Source: a virus (lineage: Duplodnaviria > Caudoviricetes). Taken from it: 24,878 nt of DNA. Position 1 is the stretch's first letter, and every line of letters starts with the position of its first letter. Location: positions 1 through 24,878 of the IMG/VR virus record IMGVR_UViG_3300034063_000291; one strand, written 5' to 3'. The notes beneath the pieces were generated by a model. The model searched no databases. It was not told the origin of the DNA and worked only from the letters and a program-made list of their open reading frames with translations. Shown one piece after another: positions 17,227-24,878 of this stretch. The position numbers and the translations under genes were made by a program.

Positions 17227-17988
17227 ATGGCATATCAAAATACAGGAGACGCCCGCAACATTCTTGTTGGAGCATCACCACTATTTTTGTCAGTAGAAGA
17301 TTCAACAGTTTCTGGTTATGATTCAAGCATGGATGCAGGCGAAGCAAACGCTTTTGTCGCATCAAAGAATCGTTTCGTACCAGCATTCTCATCAGGAGAG
17401 TCTTACACTACAACACTAAACAAGGTTCTAACAACAACAGGTGCTACACAGACAGCAACGCCTACAGAAAGCACACCAGCAATTGGTGGAGCTTACCGTA
17501 ACGTTGGTTACACAAATAACGGTCTTCAGATCAGCTACCAGCCAACATTTGACTCGGTAACTGTAGATCAGTTGCTAGATACAGCTAAGCTGTTTAAGTC
17601 TGCGATGATGGTTCAAATTTCAACAGAAATGGCAGAAGGTACTCTGGAGAACGTTCTTGCAGTGTTTGGTCAAAAGGGATCAACTCTTACATCATCAGGA
17701 ACTGGCGCAACAGCAGTCGACACACTAGGTTTGGAAGCAGGTGCACTTGGTGCAGCTCCAACAGAGCGTCAGCTAATTGCAGTTGGACAGGCTCCAACTT
17801 CAGAAGCATCAGCAACTGAGCGTGTATACTATGCACGTCGTGTTTTGTCTGTTGAACAGTCACAGTTCTCTTTGGCTCGTACAGCAGCAACTACATTCCC
17901 AGTAACATTCCGCTTGCTACCATCAGGTGACGCAGCGCATGCTGGTTCAGAGTACGGTAAGATTATTGACCGTGTTCTAACAGTTTAA
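17227..17988 (+). CDS. major tail (tube) protein
   Basis: NILVGASPLF, VGYTNNGLQISYQP...VDQLLD, TEMAEGTLEN, FPVTFRLLP. Start moved to ATG 17227 with AGGAGG at 17211-17216. It precedes the chaperones and the tape measure gene. Confidence 0.88.
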   Translation: MAYQNTGDARNILVGASPLFLSVEDSTVSGYDSSMDAGEANAFVASKNRFVPAFSSGESYTTTLNKVLTTTGATQTATPTESTPAIGGAYRNVGYTNNGLQISYQPTFDSVTVDQLLDTAKLFKSAMMVQISTEMAEGTLENVLAVFGQKGSTLTSSGTGATAVDTLGLEAGALGAAPTERQLIAVGQAPTSEASATERVYYARRVLSVEQSQFSLARTAATTFPVTFRLLPSGDAAHAGSEYGKIIDRVLTV

Positions 17989-18007
17989 TTATATTAATAA
18001 TTAATAT

Positions 18008-18040
18008 CAAAGCCCCCAAGAAATTGGGGGCTTTGCTGTT
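18008..18040 (+). terminator. Rho-independent terminator after the tail tube gene
   Basis: CAAAGCCCCCAA-GAAA-TTGGGGGCTTTG: 12-bp perfect stem with a GNRA loop. Confidence 0.85.
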
Positions 18041-18067
18041 GTACCCTTATAATGGTTATGCTATAAT
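18039..18067 (+). promoter_or_regulatory. promoter for the chaperone/tape measure genes
   Basis: TTGTAC (18039-18044), 17-bp spacer, TATAAT (18062-18067) with a TGn extension. RBS AAGGAGG at 18084-18090 precedes TTG 18096. Confidence 0.7.
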
Positions 18068-18095
18068 AATTTAGACGATCCTTAAGGAGGATAAA

Positions 18096-18428
18096 TTGGC
18101 AAGTACAGTATATGATGTAGAAGAGATTGAACTACAAAGCGGAGCTAAAGTAAAGCTCAAGCCATTATCAATCAAGCAACTACGAAAGTTTATGGAAGTA
18201 ATTAAGAAGGTACAAGATGCAGAAGACGAGACAGCAACACTCGGTATTCTTGTTGAGGCATGCGGGGTAGCACTAGAAACTCAGCTACCAGATCTTGTTG
18301 CAGATCTAGACAAGCTTGAAGATGCACTAGACGTTCCAACAATTAATAGAATCCTTGAAGTTTGCGGAGGAATTAAGATGGACGACCCAAACCTAATAGC
18401 GGCAGCGGTACTGGCTGGTCAGAACTAG
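18096..18428 (+). CDS. tail assembly chaperone (lambda gpG analogue)
   Basis: Lies between the tail tube and tape measure genes, has a strong RBS, and carries a slippery site near its 3' end. Confidence 0.85.
   Translation: MASTVYDVEEIELQSGAKVKLKPLSIKQLRKFMEVIKKVQDAEDETATLGILVEACGVALETQLPDLVADLDKLEDALDVPTINRILEVCGGIKMDDPNLIAAAVLAGQN
18386..18392 (+). other. programmed -1 ribosomal frameshift site C CCA AAC
   Basis: X XXY YYZ heptamer in the correct phase. The -1 frame is open from 18377 to the stop at 18764-18766. Confidence 0.8.
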
Positions 18429-18766
18429 ATTTAGCCGCTTTAGAGGGACAAGTTTTTCTTTTAGGACATTGGAAGAATTACGAGGAGTTAGAAGAAAATT
18501 TATCAATGCCAGAATTGATTCAGACCTTAACAGCAATGAATCAAAAAGAACATAACCAGAGAAAGTTTGCAGCATCGCTAAAAGGAATCCAATTAGATGA
18601 TGAGGCAGAAGAAGAAAAAGAAAAAGGTTCTACCTTTGAAGATATCCAAAGAAGAGCTCTTGGAATTAAAACATCAGCAGATGATGTTGTTAGTTTACAG
18701 GGACCCTTCGCAGCACAAGCTGGATTTGGAATTGGCGCAGGGTTAGGATACTCTAGGAGTAATTAG
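18392..18766 (+). CDS. C-terminal part of the frameshifted tail chaperone (gpGT analogue; full product 18096-18766)
   Basis: The -1 frame reads PNSGSGTGWSELDLAALEGQVFLLGHWKNYEELEENLSMPELIQ..., continuous with the listed 18506 ORF. Confidence 0.8.
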   Translation, partial: PNSGSGTGWSELDLAALEGQVFLLGHWKNYEELEENLSMPELIQTLTAMNQKEHNQRKFAASLKGIQLDDEAEEEKEKGSTFEDIQRRALGIKTSADDVVSLQGPFAAQAGFGIGAGLGYSRSN

Positions 18767-21700
18767 TGGCTGACGAACAAATTGTAACATCCATAGTCGC
18801 CAAAGCCGACTTGTCTAGCCTTGTGTCTGAAGTACACAGGGCTAGTGCTAGTCTTCAGCAACTCCAAAGAGAGCTTCTATCATCAAATAGAGCTATTGCA
18901 TCTTCAACAAAATTAGCAAACAACCTATTTAGAGATACACTAACTGGAAGCGGACAGTTCTCTAGCCACTTTGTAAATCTTAATTCAGATGTAGATAAAT
19001 TTGGTAAGAATTTAGATGCAGGTAGATTAAAGCTTAAAAACTATTTCCAAACTTTTAGAGAGCATGCTACTACTCAAAAGGGAATGATTAGAGAACTTGC
19101 CAAAGAGCAAGTTATGCTTCAAAACTCAGTACTGCAACCTTTAGGCAGAAATGCTCAAGGTTTAATGCAGTACAACGTCATGATCCCAAGAGGACTAGAT
19201 GCTGTAAAAAATAGCGCACAGCTAGCTCGCATGGAGCTTCAGATAATGAATCGTGCATTATCTGAAGGAGCAGGATCTTTAATTAACTGGGGTAAGAATA
19301 CTCAGTGGGCAGGTCGTCAGCTTACAGTTGGTCTCACAGTACCATTAACAATGTTTGGTGCTGCAGCAGGAAAAGCTTTCAGAGAAGCAGATCAAGAGCT
19401 CGTAAGACTTACAAAAGTTTATGGCGGGCTAGCAGCAACATCTGCAACAGACTTAAAAGCAATTAGAGAAGAAGTTATTCAAACAGCAAAAGCTTTATCT
19501 CAAACAATGGGTGCATCTTTTAAAGATACTATTGCTTTAGGTGCAGATATTGCAGCAACTGGAAAGATGGGCAACGAACTACTTGGCTCAATAGAAGAAA
19601 CAACAAGACTTTCTATCCTTGGTGAAGTAGACAGACAAGATGCAATGAAGGCTACACTTTCAATTCAGACAGCATTTAAGCAGAACACAGAACAGCTTAC
19701 AGAATCAATTAACTTTCTTAACGCAGTTGAAAACCAGACATCTACAACCCTTAACGATTTAGTAGAAGCTATTCCAAAAGCTGGTCCAGTTATACAGCAA
19801 CTAGGCGGAAGCATTGAAGACCTAGCTCTCTATATGACAGCAATGAGAGAGGGCGGTATAAATGCATCTGAAGGAGCAAACGCATTAAAGTCAGGACTTG
19901 CCTCCTTAATTAACCCAACAAAACAAACAGTCGGAGTTATGTCTGACTTTGGTATAGATGTAATGGGAATGGTTGCCAAAAATACTGGAAATACAACTGG
20001 TATGCTAATGGATCTACAATCTGCTCTTAATAAGCTAGACCCATTGAGCAAAGCAAGAGCTCTAGAGCAAATGTTTGGAAAGTTCCAGTTTGCAAGAATG
20101 AGCGCATTGCTCAACAACCTCGGTAAAGAAGGAAGCCAGACGCTCCAGGTTATGGATTTAATGAAGGCAAGCACTTCAGATTTGGCGGGAATTGCAGAAC
20201 GAGAATTAGGAATGATTACAGAATCTGCATCTGGTAAATATAGAAAGGCTATGGAAAGCCTAAAGGCAGAGCTAGCAAGCGTAGGAGAAGAATTCCTTGG
20301 AATAGGAACTAAGATTCTAAATGCAGCATCAAAGATTTTAAATTTCTTTACTGAGTTGCCAACACCAATTAAAAAAGCTCTTACATTTATGGCAGGCTTC
20401 ACAGCATTAGTAGGTCCACTTATTATGTTAACTGGTGTGCTTGCAAACTTCTTCGGATATATAACAAAGGGAATAGTCCAGCTTAGATCTTTCTTTATGA
20501 GAGCAAATGGATGGAAAATGCTTACGCCAGAAATTATTGCTGCTCAAAAAGCAGCAGAGATGGTTGAGAATGCATTCTATTCAGATGCAGCAGCGGCTCA
20601 AGTTCTACACAACGCACTGCAGAAGCTTGTTTTAGATTATCAAAATCTGCAAGCAGCTTCAATGAAAAATGCAGTTCCAGTTAATGGTGGCGTAAGCACA
20701 GTTGCTGGAAATACAGTGGTTGCAGCTGGAAGAAGAGTGGTTGACCCTAACGATCCATACGTTGGAGATCCTAATACTAGAGCAATGTCTCATATTAGAC
20801 CAAGAGATGTAAACAACCCAGCAACCATATTTGGCGGGGTACCAGGAGCTATTCCAGTTAATAGAGGTATATCAAGAACTCCACAAATGTACATGCATGA
20901 TAGACTTCCAAATATTGAAGGACTAACAAGCGTTAAGGGAATATCCACAGGAATTGTTCCAGGCGAAGCAGCAAAGTTCCATGCATTAATGGCAACACTA
21001 GGAATGCAAACAGAGCAAGAGGTTGCTACATTAAAGAAAACTATTGCTATGGGCGGAACCGTGAGCAGAGAACTCTTAGATACATTTGATGACATACTTC
21101 CTATAACTCAAAGATTTGCAGATAGTGCAGCAACACAATCAGCCTTAATTGTTCAACAAATGAGAAATGCGGAAATTACTGTAGACCAAGCAAAGGCAAG
21201 AATACTTGCACTTAATGCACAGATCGAAGCAGAAATGGGCTCAGCCGTAAGCGCATATGCAGCAGGCAGAGGTCGTGTATTAGATTTAACAAAAGCTCCA
21301 ATGATGAATCAACCAGTTGTTGACGCAAATGGACAATTTACTCTAAGAGATTTGTATAAAAAGCAAGCAAATGCTTCTGTAATGGAGGAGTTTGGAAGAC
21401 TTCGTGGAGTAAGAACATTTGGAGCACCATATAGCATTCAGACAACAAGAATGCCTAAGTTTAATATCGGTGGAGGCATAGAGTCTTTTGGTCCAGGAAA
21501 GACTATGGTATCTGGCCCATCTTCAATTAACTATGATGACAGACTTGGAAGTGTTCCAATCGGCGGATATGTACTAAACCAATCTGCTTCAATGGACCCA
21601 GCAAACGCCCCCCTTGTCGCAATGGCAGATGCTACATATGAAAATGGCGGAGAAATAACAGCAGCGCTTACCCCACGGGAAGTAGTATTTGGACCTAAGA

Positions 21701-24700
21701 TTCAAAGAATGCCTGAGCTATATGCAGCAGTAGATGCAGCAAATAGTGGGTATAATTTTGGCGGGCAGATCATGAGTGGCATTACTGGATATGGAAGACA
21801 AACAGATCAAACTCCTAATGGCATAAATAAAGCTGCATTTAAAAAGCAGATGAAAGAATATTTAAGATTTATCAACAACCCAAGATATGAAGATGATGTA
21901 CGACTAAGAATGATTATGCTTGATGCATCTGAGTTAGTTCAATATACTGGATTGTCTCCAGAAAAAGCAATTAAAGTAGCGTCAAGCAATTTTGATTTAG
22001 CTAAAGCATCTTCAGGTGGGTCTTTAGAAAAATTCATTGAGCAAAGAATTAAGCAGGTAAAGGGCCTTGAAAGAAGATACCCAGCATTAAAGCATCCAAA
22101 TTCTGAAGCAACAAGAACAGCTTCAAGTAAAGGATTAAATAATAATTTAAACAAAGTAAGAGATGCTATGCTAAAAAGCCCAGCATTTAAAGACGTATGG
22201 GATTTAGTTGAAAGAGTAACACCAACTAAAATTAATCCTAACGGAGTTCCCCTTTTAGATCAAAATGTTAGAGGTCATCTATTAAGACATGGTGAGGTTG
22301 GTTATGCAACTAGAGGGCATATGGGAGTTGCAGCAGTACTACCTCATTCAATAAATAGCGTAATGGCTACACTTCAGAAGATAGGAATATCTCCAGACAT
22401 TTTAAACCTAGACTCCTTGTCTGCAAGAAAGAGTCTTGAAATGGCATTAAAAAATGTAGGGTTATCAAAAATTGCAACTCCAGATGATATTTTTACAGCA
22501 TTGCAAGATGATGGATTGTTTAAGAGCAAGGCTCAAATTGAATCTGGAAATATAGTTAGATCAAATAAAAAACAGAGAAGTTCATTAAGCATGTTGCTAG
22601 AAGCTGCAGCAGAAAGAAAAAGATGGGTATTTAGAGGAAGGCCTCCAATCCCCGTTCTTCTTAATAAGGGCGGAATGATTCCAGGTGGACATATATCTAG
22701 AAATAGATCAAGCTATGGGAACGTATCTCCATTATTAAAACTAATTGCACCAGATAAACAATTAAATATTTTAAGAAAAGCTCGTGAAATGTCAATTGAT
22801 ACAGCAACTGGATCATTTAAGGATATGGCCCCAGTTAAATATGGTCATATGGTTGCTCCAAGTTCTGGTATGAGCTATCCAATTCCTGGTGTTTCTGGAC
22901 TGTATAAAGATACAGATGGAAACCTAAAATTCTTTAAGGGTGTTCCAAACGAAATATCTGCTAAAGCCGAAGTATATGGAACTAGAATGGCCAGAGAAGT
23001 TTTTGGTTTAGAGGCACCAGAGCAAACTATTAGAACGATTGCAAACCCTTTAGATCCAAGTGGAAAGTCCAAACTGCTTGGGCTCGAGTCACCTTTTGAT
23101 AAAAAATTTATCGGCGGAGGAACCAAGTTTACAGAAGATCAAATGATTAGGCAAACAATTGCTTCTTTAGTAATGAACAATAAAGATCTTTCTCCTAGCA
23201 ATGTATTTGGAAATGTTTTAGCTGATGTGGGAGCCGCTGGTGTTTTTCCAAAAGCATCAGGGAATACAGAGTTTGCAAAAACATTACCTTCAATGGCTGA
23301 GCAAGGGTCTATAAATCTCCTTGAAGTTAAAGGCGGTGCAAGAAAAGATTTTGCAGTAAATACTGCACCAATTGCTGCTAAAATGTCACCCAAGCAATAT
23401 GAAAGAAAAATGAAAAAAGCAATGGCTTCAATGTACCCAGACCTTGTTAAGTTTGTTGCAGGTATACCAAAAGCAGATAGAGGCCCATATGTAAAGCTTC
23501 TAAAAAGATTTGAAGATGGAATGGAAAACATCGATTTTGCTAAGCTTCATGGGGTACATATCGCTGCAAAAAGGAATAGCGGTGGACCTATTGGTGGGCC
23601 AGTTCAAAGAGGCAGATATGCTTATGGAAGGCCAGGAAACCCAGCTGCTAGAGCTGAGTGGGAAGCTAAACAACGTGCACAAAGAGAAAGAGATGCAGCC
23701 GCTAGAAAAGCTCAAATAGGATCGCATGGAATTACTGGTCAGCAAAAGTTAACAACAGGACTTGGAAGAGAAGCTGTAAGAACTGGAACAACAAGCTTTT
23801 ATAATCCTGGGCAAGTAATGGTTAACAATATGGTGGACCCATTTAAAAATTCAGCAGCAATGAAGGCTCAATATTTATCAGCGGCATTTAAAGCTATGGG
23901 TAATACAATTAAAGTAGACTCAATGCAACTAGCAAAAGCTATAGATATCAATGCAAGAGTCATTGGGCTTTCTATGAAAAACACAGCTACATCTATGAAT
24001 AATAGCGTAAGAGCAGCTGCTACATCAACATTAAATTTTGCTAAGAGGCAGAGAAATTTAATTCTAAGAGAGCAAGCTGCAGTTACAGCAAGACATTATC
24101 CTACAGGAGGATTTGATCCATATCAAAAATCTTACTTTGGTCCTGGCCTTGTCAGCGACTGGAAGAGCACTGGGCAAGACGGAATACAAAAAAGAAAAGT
24201 AGGAAGTTTAGGATTTAGAAAAACAGAGTTTATGGTTGGCGACCAACTGATGACCAGATCTCAGGCAAAAGCTGCTGGCGTTTCCGTTCCTGGAAGAGGA
24301 CCAATGGGCATGGGAGCTCAAATGGGAATTGGAATGGCTGGATCTATGGCTGGAATGGCCCTGATGAGCAAAGAAAAAGTCAATGTTGGAAAATATGAAA
24401 TGTCAGGTATGTCTGCTGGTATGGGTGTTATGGCTGCAAGCAGTATACTTCCATTCCTGCCGTTTGCTAAAATGGGTGGAGGATTAAAGTCTGCAGCAAC
24501 AGGAGCTGCTGGACTAGCAAAAGGATTCTCAGCTGCAATGAAAGCTGGAACAGTTTTGGTAAAAATAGTACCAGCTATATTAAGACTGGCAAAAGGCTTT
24601 GGTCCAATAGGATTAGTGGTAAGCGCACTTAGCATAGGATTAAAGGTATACAAGGATTACAAAGATGCTCAGCAAGACGCCTCTATGGGTCTTTCCATGA

Positions 24701-24878
24701 CTGCTAAGGCAGCAGAGCAAGCTGGAGTAAAGTATTTTAATCTTAAAGAAACAATGCAAGGTTATATAGACAAGGCAAAGCTTGCTGCTGCAGCTGCAAA
24801 AGGATCGGCAGGAAACACGATTGGAATGCCTGGATTACCTAGATCTATAGAAGAGTTAAAGAAGGCCAAAGAAGAAGG
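18766..24878 (+). CDS. tape measure protein (TP901-type core), 3'-truncated, at least 2037 codons, with inserted cargo domains
   Basis: GTG at 18766 overlaps the upstream TAG, with AGGAG at 18755-18759. Frame 1 is open to the window end. The core at about 19380-20300 reads INFLNAVENQTSTTLNDLVEAIPKAG...AMREGGINASEGANALKS. Hydrophobic segments occur at about 20380-20465 and 24300-24645. Confidence 0.93.
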   Translation, partial: MADEQIVTSIVAKADLSSLVSEVHRASASLQQLQRELLSSNRAIASSTKLANNLFRDTLTGSGQFSSHFVNLNSDVDKFGKNLDAGRLKLKNYFQTFREHATTQKGMIRELAKEQVMLQNSVLQPLGRNAQGLMQYNVMIPRGLDAVKNSAQLARMELQIMNRALSEGAGSLINWGKNTQWAGRQLTVGLTVPLTMFGAAAGKAFREADQELVRLTKVYGGLAATSATDLKAIREEVIQTAKALSQTMGASFKDTIALGADIAATGKMGNELLGSIEETTRLSILGEVDRQDAMKATLSIQTAFKQNTEQLTESINFLNAVENQTSTTLNDLVEAIPKAGPVIQQLGGSIEDLALYMTAMREGGINASEGANALKSGLASLINPTKQTVGVMSDFGIDVMGMVAKNTGNTTGMLMDLQSALNKLDPLSKARALEQMFGKFQFARMSALLNNLGKEGSQTLQVMDLMKASTSDLAGIAERELGMITESASGKYRKAMESLKAELASVGEEFLGIGTKILNAASKILNFFTELPTPIKKALTFMAGFTALVGPLIMLTGVLANFFGYITKGIVQLRSFFMRANGWKMLTPEIIAAQKAAEMVENAFYSDAAAAQVLHNALQKLVLDYQNLQAASMKNAVPVNGGVSTVAGNTVVAAGRRVVDPNDPYVGDPNTRAMSHIRPRDVNNPATIFGGVPGAIPVNRGISRTPQMYMHDRLPNIEGLTSVKGISTGIVPGEAAKFHALMATLGMQTEQEVATLKKTIAMGGTVSRELLDTFDDILPITQRFADSAATQSALIVQQMRNAEITVDQAKARILALNAQIEAEMGSAVSAYAAGRGRVLDLTKAPMMNQPVVDANGQFTLRDLYKKQANASVMEEFGRLRGVRTFGAPYSIQTTRMPKFNIGGGIESFGPGKTMVSGPSSINYDDRLGSVPIGGYVLNQSASMDPANAPLVAMADATYENGGEITAALTPREVVFGPKIQRMPELYAAVDAANSGYNFGGQIMSGITGYGRQTDQTPNGINKAAFKKQMKEYLRFINNPRYEDDVRLRMIMLDASELVQYTGLSPEKAIKVASSNFDLAKASSGGSLEKFIEQRIKQVKGLERRYPALKHPNSEATRTASSKGLNNNLNKVRDAMLKSPAFKDVWDLVERVTPTKINPNGVPLLDQNVRGHLLRHGEVGYATRGHMGVAAVLPHSINSVMATLQKIGISPDILNLDSLSARKSLEMALKNVGLSKIATPDDIFTALQDDGLFKSKAQIESGNIVRSNKKQRSSLSMLLEAAAERKRWVFRGRPPIPVLLNKGGMIPGGHISRNRSSYGNVSPLLKLIAPDKQLNILRKAREMSIDTATGSFKDMAPVKYGHMVAPSSGMSYPIPGVSGLYKDTDGNLKFFKGVPNEISAKAEVYGTRMAREVFGLEAPEQTIRTIANPLDPSGKSKLLGLESPFDKKFIGGGTKFTEDQMIRQTIASLVMNNKDLSPSNVFGNVLADVGAAGVFPKASGNTEFAKTLPSMAEQGSINLLEVKGGARKDFAVNTAPIAAKMSPKQYERKMKKAMASMYPDLVKFVAGIPKADRGPYVKLLKRFEDGMENIDFAKLHGVHIAAKRNSGGPIGGPVQRGRYAYGRPGNPAARAEWEAKQRAQRERDAAARKAQIGSHGITGQQKLTTGLGREAVRTGTTSFYNPGQVMVNNMVDPFKNSAAMKAQYLSAAFKAMGNTIKVDSMQLAKAIDINARVIGLSMKNTATSMNNSVRAAATSTLNFAKRQRNLILREQAAVTARHYPTGGFDPYQKSYFGPGLVSDWKSTGQDGIQKRKVGSLGFRKTEFMVGDQLMTRSQAKAAGVSVPGRGPMGMGAQMGIGMAGSMAGMALMSKEKVNVGKYEMSGMSAGMGVMAASSILPFLPFAKMGGGLKSAATGAAGLAKGFSAAMKAGTVLVKIVPAILRLAKGFGPIGLVVSALSIGLKVYKDYKDAQQDASMGLSMTAKAAEQAGVKYFNLKETMQGYIDKAKLAAAAAKGSAGNTIGMPGLPRSIEELKKAKEE
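21751..23628 (+). repeat. three copies of a peptide linker GG-x-[IV]-x6-YG, with N-x-GG at its start, within the tape measure protein
   Basis: YNFGGQIMSGITGYG (21751-21795), LNKGGMIPGGHISRNRSSYG (22660-22719), RNSGGPIGGPVQRGRYAYG (23572-23628). The GG-to-YG spacing is 8 residues in all three. Confidence 0.75.
22840..23560 (+). other. HipA-like/atypical protein-kinase-fold domain inside the tape measure protein
   Basis: GVSGLYKDTDGNLKFFK (Lys 22936), SAKAEVYGTRMAREVFGLEAP (Glu 22969), NKDLSPSN (DxxxxN, 23185-23202), LADVG (DFG equivalent, 23224). Confidence 0.7.

Noticed and set aside
17985-18004. AT-only inverted repeat TTAATTAT...ATAATTAA
   Set aside because: Expected by chance in an AT-rich spacer, and the adjacent GC-rich hairpin already accounts for termination.
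21796-23571. Tape measure inserts as inteins or introns
   Set aside because: No Cys/Ser...His-Asn splice-junction motifs or LAGLIDADG blocks are seen at the linker boundaries, and the reading frame is uninterrupted.
23510-23719. 69-aa + strand ORF
   Set aside because: It lies out of frame within the continuous tape measure ORF, with no convincing RBS or motif.
1025-24653. All minus-strand ORFs in the track (e.g. 1876-2268, 12581-12913, 19830-20402, 23139-23531, 24318-24653)
   Set aside because: They are antisense shadows of well-supported + strand genes, with no recognisable motifs.

Overview
A single-strand (+), AT-rich window from a tailed dsDNA phage of siphovirus type. The gene order resembles large actinophages, but the host assignment is inference only. 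Left part (1-7.7 kb): the 3' end of a gene encoding 26 tandem FPP[F/H/Y] repeats and a Cys-rich tail, missed by the ORF track. It is followed by a tightly coupled operon of two small accessory proteins, two related CP-motif proteins (DUF6065-like) and seven prolyl-hydroxylase-like 2OG-Fe(II) oxygenases (six intact, one catalytically degenerate). Middle part (7.7-18.8 kb): LamG-domain virion protein, portal, prohead protease with a nested scaffold, major capsid protein, head-tail joining genes, tail tube, and a tail chaperone with a -1 frameshift. Right part (18.8 kb to the end): a tape measure protein of at least 2037 codons, also missed by the ORF track. Its central region is a cassette array in which a repeated linker (GG-x-[IV]-x6-YG preceded by or overlapping N-x-GG) brackets two ~285-aa inserted domains, one with HipA-like kinase motifs and one with a His-Me-finger nuclease-like motif. 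The two best candidates for undescribed systems are (i) a tape measure protein carrying effector cassettes and (ii) a proline-repeat substrate next to a multi-hydroxylase modification cluster. All family assignments come from motif recognition by eye; no database searches were run.
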